Positions 1 to 9,415 of a stretch of DNA of 32,000 nucleotides are shown here, piece after piece. How positions within the stretch are numbered: position 1 is the first letter of the stretch; every line of letters begins with the position of its first letter. Source of the DNA: Candidatus Saccharimonadota bacterium (GTDB taxonomy: Bacteria > Patescibacteriota > Gracilibacteria > UBA1369 > 2-02-FULL-48-14). The notes under the pieces are model-generated. The model was not told the origin of the DNA, made no database searches, and worked only from the letters and a program-made list of their open reading frames with translations. The translations under genes were made by a program, and so were the position numbers. The stretch spans positions 210,001-242,000 of the forward strand of contig JBAZVE010000001.1 of NCBI GenBank assembly GCA_041661045.1, read 5' to 3'.

Positions 1-671
1 CGAATCGGCCTCAAGTTGGGCGCAAAGAAAAGCCTTTTCCATTCTCTGTGCGGAATCCGCTTGGGCGTGTATTCGGGCAGTTTAAATAAAAAGGGAAATG
101 AGCAGAGGTAAACAAAGGGCAGAAGCCAAAATAGAATTTCAAACGACTCCAAATGGAAAACATACTCCGACAGATAGAAACTCGCCGTCGCGATCAAGGG
201 CGATAGAATCGAAAAAATCTGCGTGCCTAAGCTAACCATGGAAGAATAAAAGTCCCGATTTTTATCGGTGGTGGTCAACATTTCGTAACTGTGCACGCCC
301 ACCCAAAACATACCAAGCCCCAGCCCGTTGAAAGCTGCAAACAAAAGGAGGTGACTGAAGTCTCGTGGGAAAAAGAGGAGCAATAAAAAGGAAACCGTAT
401 AAATAGTGAAGGCGCGTAAATAGTTGTAGCGAAGCGAGATCTGCCGCTGCGCCACCATGTATCCCCACCCCGAAAATCCCAAAGCCACAAAAAAGAAGAA
501 GACTAGGTTGTAAAGCGCCAAGCTGAATAAAGATTGAGTGAGCTCGAATACAAAAATATTTATAAAAAGCCCGACAATGATTTGAGAGAACTCGTAGATC
601 CAATACAAATACACCATCGCCCGAGTGGAATCGGGTAAGACGCGAAAACGATGAAGAGTTTTAGTGAGCAT
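1..671 (-). CDS. Polytopic membrane protein, MFS-transporter-like, N-terminal ~223 aa (3' end runs off the left edge)
   Basis: Absent from the ORF track because no stop lies inside the window. My own reverse-complement translation from ATG 671-669 gives MLTKTLHRFRVLPDSTRAMVYLYWIYEFSQIIVGLFINIFVFELTQSLFSLALYNLVFFFFVALGFSGWGYMVAQRQISLRYNYLRAFTIYTVSFLLLLFFPRDFSHLLLFAAFNGLGLGMFWVGVHSYEMLTTTDKNRDFYSSMVSLGTQIFSILSPLIATASFYLSEYVFHLESFEILFWLLPFVYLCSFPFLFKLPEYTPKRIPHREWKRLFFAPNLRPI. It stays open to base 1 and has at least five hydrophobic helices with short charged loops. The MFS call is by resemblance only. It starts 8 nt after the uvrA stop on the same strand. Track ORFs 262-603 and 275-490 are out-of-frame shadows of it. 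Confidence 0.55.
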   Translation of the reverse strand, partial: MLTKTLHRFRVLPDSTRAMVYLYWIYEFSQIIVGLFINIFVFELTQSLFSLALYNLVFFFFVALGFSGWGYMVAQRQISLRYNYLRAFTIYTVSFLLLLFFPRDFSHLLLFAAFNGLGLGMFWVGVHSYEMLTTTDKNRDFYSSMVSLGTQIFSILSPLIATASFYLSEYVFHLESFEILFWLLPFVYLCSFPFLFKLPEYTPKRIPHREWKRLFFAPNLRPI

Positions 672-679
672 GCTTTCCT

Positions 680-3538
680 TTAAATCCCCATCTTCTTGAG
701 CCATTTGCCGGTGTAGGAGCTTTTGTGTTTGGCGACTTCTTCGGGAGTTCCGCAGGCCACCACCTCTCCTCCCCCATTTCCGCCATCCGGACCCATATCG
801 ATCACATGATCGGAGCATTTAATAAGATCGAGGTTGTGTTCAATCACAATCACGGTGTTCCCGGTGTCCACGAGTTGCTGCAGCACTTCCACCAGTTTTT
901 TAACATCATCAAAATGCAGACCGGTGGTGGGTTCATCCAAGATATAGAGTGTTTTTCCCGTGGAGCGCTTGGAAAGTTCAGTGGAGAGTTTGATCCGTTG
1001 CGCCTCTCCCCCGGAAAGGGTGGTTGCGGACTGGCCCAAGTGGATATAACCCAAGCCTACTTTTGAAAGCGTTTCCAGTTTGGTCTTAATGGCGGGGATG
1101 GCATCGAAAAATTCTAAACACTCATCCACTGTCATGTCCAAAACATCCGCGATGTTTTTGCCGCGGTAGGACACTTCCAAAGCTTCACGATTGTAACGAC
1201 GGCCCTTGCAGGATTCGCAGGGCACATAAATGTCCGCCAAAAAGTGCATCTCAATTTTCTTGAGCCCGTCTCCTTCACACACTTCACAACGGCCTCCCTT
1301 CACATTAAAAGAGAATCGGCCCGCCTTGTATCCACGAAGGCGCGCTTCTCCGGTTTGTGCAAAGAGCTCACGAATTTCCGTGAAGACTCCGGTGTAGGTT
1401 GCGGGATTGGAGCGAGGGGTGCGGCCAATGGGAGACTGATCAATGTTGATGATTTTATCGAGTTGTTCAATCCCACGAATTTCACGGTGAGCTCCGGCCA
1501 AAGCCTTGTTTCTATTGATCACCGCCGCCACTTTTTTAACCAAGATTTCATTCACCAAAGTGGATTTTCCGGACCCGGAAACTCCCGTCACGGTTGTGAA
1601 AGTTCCCAGGGGGAATTTTACATCGATGTTTTTTAAATTGTGTTCGCTGGCTCCAAGAATTTCCAATGATTTTCCGTTTCCTTTTCTGCGTGTTTTTGGG
1701 AGTGGAATTTCTTTTTTCCCGGAAAGATATTGCCCCGTCATGGAATTTTTGTTGGCCATGATTTCTTTTGGGGTTCCGGCGGCCACCACTTCTCCTCCGT
1801 GCTTCCCTGCCCCCGGTCCAATATCCAAAATATAATCGGCACTCAGCATGGTATCAATATCATGTTCCACCACAATCACGGTGTTTCCGATGTCCCTTAA
1901 AGTGATGAGTGTTTGGATGAGTTTTTCGTTGTCGTTTTGGTGAAGTCCAATGGAAGGTTCATCGAGTACATAGAGCACTCCCACCAAGCGGGATCCAATT
2001 TGGGTGGCCAAGCGAATGCGTTGAGCTTCTCCCCCGGAAAGGGTGTTGGCGGCACGATCCAAGGTGAGATAAGAAACTCCCACATGATTCAAAAATCCGA
2101 GCCGAGAATAGACTTCCCTCAATATGGGTTCCGCAATCATTTTTTGCATTGAGGAGAGTTTGAGCTCCTTAAAAAAAGCTTCGGCCTCCGCAATGGAAAG
2201 ATTGGTGACATCGGCGATAGACTGTTCTTGAATGGTCACGGCGAGCATTTCGGGCTTGAGCCGTTTCCCCTCGCAAGAAGGACAAGGCAAGATCCTCATG
2301 AATTGTTCAATTTTCCCACGGACATAGTCGGAATCCGTTTCCAAAAATCGTCGTTCCAAGTTGGGGATTACTCCTTCAAACTTGGTTTGGAATTCTCCTT
2401 TGGAAAGGCCATCTCCGGAATTCATTTTTACCGTGTAACGATCCTCTCCCGTTCCGTACATCACTTTTTGGATCTGTCCTTCGGTGAGCTCTTCCACGGG
2501 AACATCCACAGAAAATCGATATTTTTTTGCCACTTCTTCCAAAATGTTGTTGTACCACGAGAGATGTGAACTTGTGGCGGACCATGGCAAAATGGCACCT
2601 TCCGAAAGGCTGAGTTTTTTATTGGGGATCACCAGTTCCGCGTCGATTTCCAGTTTGGTTCCGAGTCCGTGACACTCTTCACATGCTCCGTGTGGGCTGT
2701 TGAATGAAAAGTTTCTGGGTTCAATTTCCGTGATGCTCACTTCGGGGTGATCTTCACAAGAAAAAGTTTCGGAGAACTTTTGTACTTCTCCCGTCTCGTT
2801 GTCCAAAATCATCATCACCCCCTCCCCGTGCCGTAAGGACATTTCCACGGAATCGGCAAGACGGGTGAGATCGGGGTTGGGACCCTCTGTTTTTTCAAAT
2901 TTTTTAACGGCGAGGCGGTCCACCACAATTTCAATGTCGTGCGGCTTGTTTTTATCGAGCTCCGGAAGTTCCACAATGGAGTGCACTTCTCCATCCACTC
3001 GCACACGCACAAAGCCTTCCTTTTTAATCTTATCAAAAACGGCGGTGTGCTCGCCTTTTCGTCCATGCATCACGGGAGCGAGCAAAAGCACTCTGCGCCC
3101 CTCACCCATTGTAACCACATGATCCACGATTTGGCTGGAGGTTTGCCTCACAATGGGTTTTTTGCATTTGGGACAATGCGGAGTTCCCACTCGTGCGAAT
3201 AAAAGTCTGAGGTGATCATAAATTTCCGTCACGGTTCCCACGGTTGAGCGCGGGTTGCGAGGCGCTGTTTTTTGATCAATGGAAATGGCGGGGGAAAGTC
3301 CTTCAATGGACTCCACATCGGGTTTTTCCATCACTCCCAAAAATTGCCGTGCGTAGGTGGATAAAGATTCCACATAACGCCTTTGTCCTTCCGCATAAAT
3401 AGTGTCAAAAGCCAGGGTGGATTTTCCTGAACCCGAAAGGCCGGTGATCACCGTGAGTTTATCGCGCGGGATCTCCACACTGATGTTCTTCAAATTGTGC
3501 ATCTTCGCTCCTTTGACTTTGATGCTTGTTGCTTGCAT
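680..3538 (-). CDS. uvrA: Excinuclease ABC subunit A (UvrA)
   Basis: 952-aa ORF with two Walker A motifs ([20 protein letters not shown]) and two ABC signatures ([22 protein letters not shown]). Cys-rich zinc modules are present ([28 protein letters not shown]). Length and motif order are typical of UvrA. Confidence 0.98.
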   Translation of the reverse strand: MQATSIKVKGAKMHNLKNISVEIPRDKLTVITGLSGSGKSTLAFDTIYAEGQRRYVESLSTYARQFLGVMEKPDVESIEGLSPAISIDQKTAPRNPRSTVGTVTEIYDHLRLLFARVGTPHCPKCKKPIVRQTSSQIVDHVVTMGEGRRVLLLAPVMHGRKGEHTAVFDKIKKEGFVRVRVDGEVHSIVELPELDKNKPHDIEIVVDRLAVKKFEKTEGPNPDLTRLADSVEMSLRHGEGVMMILDNETGEVQKFSETFSCEDHPEVSITEIEPRNFSFNSPHGACEECHGLGTKLEIDAELVIPNKKLSLSEGAILPWSATSSHLSWYNNILEEVAKKYRFSVDVPVEELTEGQIQKVMYGTGEDRYTVKMNSGDGLSKGEFQTKFEGVIPNLERRFLETDSDYVRGKIEQFMRILPCPSCEGKRLKPEMLAVTIQEQSIADVTNLSIAEAEAFFKELKLSSMQKMIAEPILREVYSRLGFLNHVGVSYLTLDRAANTLSGGEAQRIRLATQIGSRLVGVLYVLDEPSIGLHQNDNEKLIQTLITLRDIGNTVIVVEHDIDTMLSADYILDIGPGAGKHGGEVVAAGTPKEIMANKNSMTGQYLSGKKEIPLPKTRRKGNGKSLEILGASEHNLKNIDVKFPLGTFTTVTGVSGSGKSTLVNEILVKKVAAVINRNKALAGAHREIRGIEQLDKIINIDQSPIGRTPRSNPATYTGVFTEIRELFAQTGEARLRGYKAGRFSFNVKGGRCEVCEGDGLKKIEMHFLADIYVPCESCKGRRYNREALEVSYRGKNIADVLDMTVDECLEFFDAIPAIKTKLETLSKVGLGYIHLGQSATTLSGGEAQRIKLSTELSKRSTGKTLYILDEPTTGLHFDDVKKLVEVLQQLVDTGNTVIVIEHNLDLIKCSDHVIDMGPDGGNGGGEVVACGTPEEVAKHKSSYTGKWLKKMGI

Positions 3539-3630
3539 AGGAAAAAACCTGATTATATATAAATCTCGGCCGAAGGAGTTTAACAGTCAAAATAGATTAA
3601 CGCAAGGTTCATGTTGGTGACTGCTCACAG

Positions 3631-3719
3631 ACACTGCAGATTTGAGAGGGCCGGGTGTCTTTCAGACAACGGGAGCCCTTATGTTGTCTTCAAAACACCC
3701 GGCCCTCCACTCCCAGTGT
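3631..3719. repeat. 89-nt three-tier imperfect inverted repeat (long hairpin); possible terminator or structured RNA between the PrsW-like gene and uvrA
   Basis: Outer arms are acactg (3631-3636) / cagtgt (3714-3719). Middle arms are gagggccgggtgt (3646-3658) / acacccggccctc (3695-3707), 13 bp perfect. Inner arms are agacaac (3664-3670) / gttgtct (3683-3689), with a 12-nt apical loop. That gives 26 paired positions. The element starts 9 nt after the stop of the upstream minus-strand gene, and no U-tract follows on either strand. Confidence 0.6.
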
Positions 3720-3727
3720 TGTGAATG

Positions 3728-4591
3728 TCACAAACCTGAGTGGTGAACTTTTCTGAGAGCTTCTGAGTTTTCTCCCACCAAATGACCGTAAGCCTTTAAA
3801 TTCTCTTTTTGTTTGAAGAGGTAATCGAGGAAGGAATATCCGAAAACCAAGAAAGGGATCATGAAGAAAGTGAGATTCATTTCGAGCATGATGTTGAACG
3901 CTCCGTGAAGCACCACGGCAATGAGGAGCCCTTCGGTCACCTTTTCAGTGGCAAAAACTCGATTGGCTTTAAAATGAAGGATGCGGTGAATGGCGCGGAC
4001 AAACCAAGTTCGATTCTTCCGTTGTTCCTCGGACCAAATGGGCTCCGCAAAGTAGGCGACTCCATAAAAGTATCCGAAAATTCCCGAGAATAGAATGTGG
4101 GCGAAGGTAGAAAAGATGGCACGGAAAACAAAAGACACTATCAAAATTTCCGTTCCTTGATAAGTCCAAATGTAATAGAAATAAAGAATGTTCTCCACAA
4201 AGGCGAACCCAAGCGCGGAAATAATTGAAAATTCAATCGCGTCGTCAATGTTGCGGAAAAATCCATGATCCGCGTGCCGTACTACAAGGTTTTTCATGTA
4301 TTCCTCAATCACCCCCACAAACATGAATGCCAAAAGAGTGCCTACCGGTAAATAGAGGTAAGGCGTGAAATCAAAAAGGTCCGCTTGAAAGTTGTTGGTG
4401 TAGTTGAAAACATTGATTTGCGGCAGATACTGCCAACTCCATTTATAAAGCAAAATGGGCACTACGGCCGTCATCCCCAAAAGGAAAGTCTGTCTGGCTT
4501 TTGGCCTATACACGGGGTCTTTTCGGTAGAAAATAAAGCCCCAAATGATGGCGGGAAAGGCGGCAAGCAAGATGGTAACCAAGAGACGCAT
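3728..4591 (-). CDS. PrsW-family intramembrane protease-like protein
   Basis: 287-aa polytopic membrane ORF carrying the motifs I associate with the PrsW family: VIEEYMK (EExxK), FAFVEN, FAHILFSGIFGYFYG and HGAFN. Confidence 0.7.
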   Translation of the reverse strand: MRLLVTILLAAFPAIIWGFIFYRKDPVYRPKARQTFLLGMTAVVPILLYKWSWQYLPQINVFNYTNNFQADLFDFTPYLYLPVGTLLAFMFVGVIEEYMKNLVVRHADHGFFRNIDDAIEFSIISALGFAFVENILYFYYIWTYQGTEILIVSFVFRAIFSTFAHILFSGIFGYFYGVAYFAEPIWSEEQRKNRTWFVRAIHRILHFKANRVFATEKVTEGLLIAVVLHGAFNIMLEMNLTFFMIPFLVFGYSFLDYLFKQKENLKAYGHLVGENSEALRKVHHSGL

Positions 4592-4622
4592 CAGGTTTAA
4601 TTAGGGCTCAATTCATCTCTTT

Positions 4623-4651
4623 ATTATACCATATATTCTCCTATGCATCAA
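4623..4651 (-). promoter_or_regulatory. Sigma70-like promoter for the PrsW-like gene (TTGATG-17-TATAAT)
   Basis: On the minus strand: -35 TTGATG (4651-4646), 17-nt spacer, perfect -10 TATAAT (4628-4623). The -10 ends 31 nt upstream of ATG 4591. Sequence match only. Confidence 0.45.
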
Positions 4652-4671
4652 GCTGTTAGTGGCCCGTTCCC

Positions 4672-4699
4672 TTGTTTTGTCTCCTTGTTTTATTAAAAT
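4672..4699 (+). promoter_or_regulatory. Possible promoter for the CBS/permease pair (TTGTTT-16-TAAAAT)
   Basis: -35-like TTGTTT (4672-4677), 16-nt spacer, -10-like TAAAAT (4694-4699), 25 nt upstream of ATG 4725. Weak consensus match only. Confidence 0.25.
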
Positions 4700-4724
4700 T
4701 CCCACATCCTATTTCCCGCTCACC

Positions 4725-5189
4725 ATGAAAAAATTTCTCGTTAAAGACTACATGAAAAGCAAGGTGGTTTCTTTGAAGCCCGAACAAACCGTCAAGGAGG
4801 CCCTTAAAACCATGATTCAGCATAAAACCAACGGTTTGGTGGTGGTGGATAAAAAGAATAAAGTCGTTGGGATTTTGTCCAGTTGGGATATTATTGCTTA
4901 TCTTGTTCCGGACTATCTGGAGGCCGATAAGCATCTTGCCTCTTTTGAATCGGGAGATGTTTTTGCAGAACGCGTTCAAGAGATTAAAGCCGACCCCGTG
5001 AAAAAATTCATGTCAAAGCATGTTCACACTATTCGAACCGAACACAGTTTGATGGAGGCCGCTACACTGCTTTCTGAATTTCAAATTCGTCAATTGCCGG
5101 TGGTTGATGACAAAGGCTACCTCATCGGTTACTTAAACCGCACCGACATCAAAAAGGCGATGGGTGAGGTTCTTCATTTAAAAAAATAA
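4725..5189 (+). CDS. CBS-domain pair protein
   Basis: The track ORF 4659-5189 is trimmed to the internal ATG at 4725 (MKKFLVKDYMKSKVVSL...). Two CBS-like modules are visible (DYM..VVSL...A...M......LVVVD...VVGILSSWDI and KFMSKHVHTI.......EAATLL.....RQLPVVDDKGYLIGYLNRTDI). The stop lies 8 nt before the permease start. Confidence 0.85.
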   Translation: MKKFLVKDYMKSKVVSLKPEQTVKEALKTMIQHKTNGLVVVDKKNKVVGILSSWDIIAYLVPDYLEADKHLASFESGDVFAERVQEIKADPVKKFMSKHVHTIRTEHSLMEAATLLSEFQIRQLPVVDDKGYLIGYLNRTDIKKAMGEVLHLKK

Positions 5190-5197
5190 CACCCATC

Positions 5198-6472
5198 ATG
5201 AATTCAACTCTACTCATCGCTGTCCTTGTCTTCGTCACTACTTATGTGCTCATCATCTCCGAGAAAGTGCATCGAACGGTGCTCGCCTTGGCTGGTGCTA
5301 TTTTGATGATCTTACTCGGGGTTGTGAATCAGGAGGAGGCCCTGCATGGAGTGGATTTTAATACTTTGGGATTGCTTATTGGGATGATGGTGATCGTAGG
5401 AATTGCGAAAGATTGTGGGATGTTTCAGTTTGTGGCCATCTGGGCATCCAAGGTCGGGAGGGGTAAACCTTTGCCCATCTTTATTTTGCTGGGACTGATC
5501 ACTGCTGTGTTTTCCGCTTTCTTGGATAATGTGACGACTGTTCTTTTGATGGTTCCCGTGACTTTTGTGGTGGCCAACAACTTGAAGATAAACCCCATGC
5601 CCTATCTTATTTCGACCATTCTTTTGTCGAACATTGGAGGGACGGCCACGCTGATTGGAGACCCTCCCAATATTTTGATTGGAAGCGCGGCTAAAATCCC
5701 TTTCAATGATTTCTTGATCCACTTGGGGCCGGTGGTTGTGATCGTTGCCGTGGTTACCATTGGCCTTTTGGTGCTTTGGTATCGAAAATCCTTGGTTGCC
5801 ACCAAAGAAGCTCAGGCGAGCATCATGCAATTTGTGCCCAAAGAGGCTTTGACCGATCGCCCGCTTCTCATCAAATCTTTGTTTGTTTTGGCCCTGGTCT
5901 TGCTTGGATTTTTCACCCACAGCATCACGCACTTGGAGGGTGCCACCATCGCGCTCGGAGGTGCCGCCTTGCTTTTGCTTTTAACCATGAATGACCCGGA
6001 GCATCATTTGAGAGATGTGGAGTGGACAACCATCTTCTTCTTTATTGGACTTTTTGTACTGGTGAGCGGTCTGGAATCTGTTGGCGCTATTGAATATCTT
6101 GCCGGACTGTTGATTGAAGTCACGGGAGGTGAACCCGTTCCCCTCACTCTTTCGGTGCTCTGGGGTTCTGCGGTGTTCTCTGCCGCTATCGACAATATTC
6201 CTTTTGTGGCCACCATGATCCCTCTTATTCAAAATATTGGTGAGATTTCCACGGTGGACACCGGACCTCTCTGGTGGGCACTGGCTCTTGGGGCCGACAT
6301 CGGAGGAAATGCGACCATTGTGGGAGCGTCCGCCAATGTGGTGGTGAGTGGAATGGCCGGAAAACATGGTCATCGCATCGGCTTTGTGCCCTACATGAAA
6401 GTGGCCATGCCCATGACTTTTGTGGCTTTGGTCATTTGTACGATTTACATCAGCCTGCGTTACCTCAGTTAG
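5198..6472 (+). CDS. ArsB/NhaD-superfamily (YbiR/P-protein-like) ion permease
   Basis: 424-aa polytopic ORF with the duplicated hairpin-loop motifs of this superfamily (GGTATLIGDPPNILIG and GGNATIVGASANVVV). It is adjacent to and co-directional with the CBS protein. Confidence 0.8.
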   Translation: MNSTLLIAVLVFVTTYVLIISEKVHRTVLALAGAILMILLGVVNQEEALHGVDFNTLGLLIGMMVIVGIAKDCGMFQFVAIWASKVGRGKPLPIFILLGLITAVFSAFLDNVTTVLLMVPVTFVVANNLKINPMPYLISTILLSNIGGTATLIGDPPNILIGSAAKIPFNDFLIHLGPVVVIVAVVTIGLLVLWYRKSLVATKEAQASIMQFVPKEALTDRPLLIKSLFVLALVLLGFFTHSITHLEGATIALGGAALLLLLTMNDPEHHLRDVEWTTIFFFIGLFVLVSGLESVGAIEYLAGLLIEVTGGEPVPLTLSVLWGSAVFSAAIDNIPFVATMIPLIQNIGEISTVDTGPLWWALALGADIGGNATIVGASANVVVSGMAGKHGHRIGFVPYMKVAMPMTFVALVICTIYISLRYLS

Positions 6473-7541
6473 TCGCACGGCTGAGCTCGCCTTCTTCCAC
6501 TCGGTACACCTGAATGTGAGGCAGGTTTTTGAGGTGTTCCAACGAAGTGGTGGTGAGGATGCATTGGTAGCTTTGCAGGAGTTCACCAAGCTTTTCTTGG
6601 CGCTTTTGATCGAGCTCGGAGAACACATCGTCCAAGAGCAGAAGGGGTTTTTCGCCTGTTTTTTCTTCGATGTAATGGAGCTCCGCGATTTTGAGCACCA
6701 GGACGGCGCTGCGTTGTTCCCCGCGGGAGCCGGAGTCGGCCAAGGGTTTTTCGTCTAAAAAGAGTGTGAAGTCGTCTCGATGCGGGCCAACGGAGGTGGA
6801 GCCGTTTTGGATATCGTTGCTGCGATGTGCGAGGAGCCTTTCTTCATAGCGGTCTTTGCTGCAATGGCTTTGGAGGGACAGTGTTTTTCCCGGACCCGCG
6901 ATGGAATGGTAATGCTGCTCCAAATCCTTTTTCAAAAAGTCTAAAAAGGCCTCGCGCTTTTCCCAAATTTTAAGGGCTTCTTCGGTGAGGCGAATGTCCC
7001 ACAAATCCAGTTCCCACTCCTGCGCTCGGCCCTGCGCCGTGCGTTTGAGCAGGGCGTTACGGTGATTCAAAATGCGTTGATAGTGTGTGAGCGCCTCGAC
7101 ATAGTCTTTGTCCACTTGAATAAGCATCCGGTCGAGGTATTGGCGCCGTGCATGTGGGCTGCCCGTGACCAAATCCAAGTGATCCGGCGTGAACAGCACG
7201 GCTCTCAGTGAACCGAGGAAGTTTTTGGGGGCCACCCACTTGGATTGTTTTTTTACTTTTTTGGCTTCAGGGTCGCGTTGTAAAAATACTTCGAGTTGGG
7301 TTTCCTTGCCCTTGCGTTCGATGCAGGCGCGAATGCGGCCGTGCGGGCGATCCCACTTGAGGGTTTCCAGGGCTTTTACCGCACGGAAAGATTTCCCAAG
7401 TGCAAGAAAGGCGATGCTCTCCAGGAGGTTGGTTTTGCCCTGAGCATTGAGGCCCACCAGAGCGGTGACGGGCGCATCCAAGTTCAGCTCCAGATCGTCG
7501 TAATTGCGAAAATGTTCCAGCTTAAGCCATTTGAGTTTCAT
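6465..7541 (-). CDS. recF: DNA replication and repair protein RecF
   Basis: Walker A GLNAQGKTNLLES, signature SRGEQRS, Walker B LLLDDVFSELD. I prefer ATG 7541 (MKLKWLKLEHFRNY, the canonical RecF N-terminus) over the track start at 7604. The 3' end overlaps the permease 3' end by 8 bp. Confidence 0.93.
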   Translation of the reverse strand: MKLKWLKLEHFRNYDDLELNLDAPVTALVGLNAQGKTNLLESIAFLALGKSFRAVKALETLKWDRPHGRIRACIERKGKETQLEVFLQRDPEAKKVKKQSKWVAPKNFLGSLRAVLFTPDHLDLVTGSPHARRQYLDRMLIQVDKDYVEALTHYQRILNHRNALLKRTAQGRAQEWELDLWDIRLTEEALKIWEKREAFLDFLKKDLEQHYHSIAGPGKTLSLQSHCSKDRYEERLLAHRSNDIQNGSTSVGPHRDDFTLFLDEKPLADSGSRGEQRSAVLVLKIAELHYIEEKTGEKPLLLLDDVFSELDQKRQEKLGELLQSYQCILTTTSLEHLKNLPHIQVYRVEEGELSRATN

Positions 7542-7585
7542 CGTTGGCAGTTTAGGGAGTTTCGCGCGTTTGCACAACAATCTAT

Positions 7586-7615
7586 TTGACGGATCAAGCC
7601 CCACTCGATTAGTCT
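7586..7615 (+). promoter_or_regulatory. Possible thrS promoter (TTGACG-18-TAGTCT)
   Basis: -35 TTGACG (7586-7591), 18-nt spacer, -10-like TAGTCT (7610-7615), 24 nt upstream of ATG 7640. Consensus match only. Confidence 0.25.
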
Positions 7616-7639
7616 AAGCCCACTTATTTAGCCTTTTCT

Positions 7640-9415
7640 ATGAATCAAGAAGAACTCTCTCATATGCGGCACTCTTTGGCCCACCTTTTGGCCGCGGCCG
7701 TTATGGAATTGTGGCCGGACACCAAACGCACCATTGGGCCCGCCATCGACAATGGGTTTTACTTTGATTTTGAATTCAGCCAGCCCATTACTCCTGAAGA
7801 CTTGCCAAAGATCGAGAAGAAAATGCGACAAATTTTGCCCACTTGGACCTCGTTTGAGCGACATGAACTCAGCCCGGAAGACGCTAAAAAGGAATATCCG
7901 GGGAACGAGTTTAAGCACGAACTGATTGATGAATTTTCGGGTGAAGGGCAGTCGTTGTCGTTCTACAAATCGGGGGACTACTGGGATCTTTGCCGAGGAG
8001 GACATGTGGAAAACATGAAAGCGGATATCGACCCCAAATCTTTCAAACTGCACAAAATTGCGGGCGCTTACTGGCGTGGAAGCGAAAAGAATCCTCAGCT
8101 CACTCGTATTTACGGGCTTGCCTTTGAAACGGAGCAAGAGCTGGCCGACTACCTCGCAATGATGGCGGAGGCAGAAAAACGCGACCACCGAAAACTTGGG
8201 AAGGAGCTTGAGATTTTTATGCTGAGTGAAGAGGTTGGCGCCGGACTTCCGCTCTGGCTGCCCAACGGAGCGATTATTGTGGAAGAACTCGAAAAACTGG
8301 CGAAGCAGGTGGAGTTTGATGGCGGATACAGCCGTGTGCGCACCCCCCACATCACCAAGGGCACGCTCTACCACAAATCCGGGCACTTGCCTTACTATGC
8401 GGAGACCATGTTCCCGCCGATGGTGATGGACAATGAAGAATATTATTTGAAGCCGATGAACTGCCCGCACCACCATCTTATTTATGGCAACAAGACGCGC
8501 TCGTACCGGGATCTCCCCATTCGTCTTGCCGAGTATGGACACTGCTACCGTTATGAAGACAGCGGGGCTCTGTTTGGACTGATGCGTGTGCGATCCTTGT
8601 GCATGAACGATGCGCACATCTACTGCCGCCCGGATCAATTTGAAAGCGAATTCATTAAAGTGATGGAGCTCTACAAAAATTACTCCAAAATTTTCGGCAT
8701 CAAAAAAATGGTGATGCGTCTTTCTTTGCATGATAAAGAAGGTCTTGGAAAGAAATATGTGAATGAGCCGGAACTGTGGATCCAAACGGAGGAACAGGTA
8801 CGCCAAGCCATGCTTAAAACAGGTATCGAATTTGTGGAAGCTCCCGGCGAGGCTGCGTTCTACGGGCCCAAGATTGATGTGGAGGTGTGGTCTGCGATTG
8901 GTCGCGAATTCACGCTCGCCACAAACCAACTGGATTTTGCCGTGCCCAAGCGCTTTGACCTGACTTATGTGGACAGCGATGGACAAGAAAAAACACCGCT
9001 TTGTGTCCACCGCGCTCCTTTGGGAACGCACGAACGCTTCGTTGGATTTTTGATTGAACATTTTGCGGGAGCTTTTCCCACTTGGCTCTCACCCGTACAG
9101 GCTATTGTGCTTCCGGTTTCCGATAAATTTTTGGACTACGCGAAGGAAGTGGAAGCGGCCCTTAAGGCTGCGAATGTGCGCGCCGAAACCGATGACAGTG
9201 CCGAGAGTTTGGGTAAAAAGATCCGAGGTGCCGAGAAGCGAAAAATTCCTTGGCTTTTGGTGGTTGGCGAAGCCGAAGTGGCTGCCCGCACCGTGGCGGC
9301 GCGAAGCACTCACACTAAAAAACAAGAAAACTTTGCCTTGGACACTTTCGTAAAACAGATCGCCCACGAAATCGCGGACCGCGCACTCCCTCCCGAACCG
9401 GAAGAGGCCGCTTAG
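7640..9415 (+). CDS. thrS: Threonine--tRNA ligase (ThrRS), lacking the N-terminal TGS domain
   Basis: 591 aa. It starts directly in the editing/SAD region (HSLAHLLAAAV). It has the catalytic zinc-site region YLKPMNCPHHH, class II motifs (FRDLPIRLAEYGHCYRYE; GLMRVRSLCMNDAHIY; HRAPLGTHERF) and an anticodon-binding domain (KIPWLLVVGEAE). An in-frame TAG at 7610-7612 rules out an N-terminal extension. Confidence 0.97.
   Translation: MNQEELSHMRHSLAHLLAAAVMELWPDTKRTIGPAIDNGFYFDFEFSQPITPEDLPKIEKKMRQILPTWTSFERHELSPEDAKKEYPGNEFKHELIDEFSGEGQSLSFYKSGDYWDLCRGGHVENMKADIDPKSFKLHKIAGAYWRGSEKNPQLTRIYGLAFETEQELADYLAMMAEAEKRDHRKLGKELEIFMLSEEVGAGLPLWLPNGAIIVEELEKLAKQVEFDGGYSRVRTPHITKGTLYHKSGHLPYYAETMFPPMVMDNEEYYLKPMNCPHHHLIYGNKTRSYRDLPIRLAEYGHCYRYEDSGALFGLMRVRSLCMNDAHIYCRPDQFESEFIKVMELYKNYSKIFGIKKMVMRLSLHDKEGLGKKYVNEPELWIQTEEQVRQAMLKTGIEFVEAPGEAAFYGPKIDVEVWSAIGREFTLATNQLDFAVPKRFDLTYVDSDGQEKTPLCVHRAPLGTHERFVGFLIEHFAGAFPTWLSPVQAIVLPVSDKFLDYAKEVEAALKAANVRAETDDSAESLGKKIRGAEKRKIPWLLVVGEAEVAARTVAARSTHTKKQENFALDTFVKQIAHEIADRALPPEPEEAA

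Noticed and set aside
262-603. Track ORFs 262-603 and 275-490 (minus) as the genes of the left edge
   Set aside because: They are out of frame with a longer open frame (671 to 1) that encodes a convincing polytopic membrane protein. That ORF is invisible to the track only because its stop lies outside the window.
3539-3630. LexA/SOS box upstream of uvrA
   Set aside because: I found no CTGT-N8-ACAG or CGAAC-N4-GTTCG type palindrome. The only palindrome is the 8-mer TCGGCCGA (3566-3573), which matches neither consensus.
5312-6628. 206-aa and 215-aa minus-strand ORFs across the permease gene
   Set aside because: They lie antisense to a permease with duplicated family motifs and clear TM periodicity. 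Their translations are H/R/K/G/N-rich low-complexity sequence.
7628-9061. 477-aa minus-strand ORF running antisense through thrS
   Set aside because: The plus-strand product carries unambiguous ThrRS motifs along its whole length. The antisense translation is R/H/F/K-rich with no motif, no start context and no partner genes. It is a shadow ORF caused by the codon composition of thrS.
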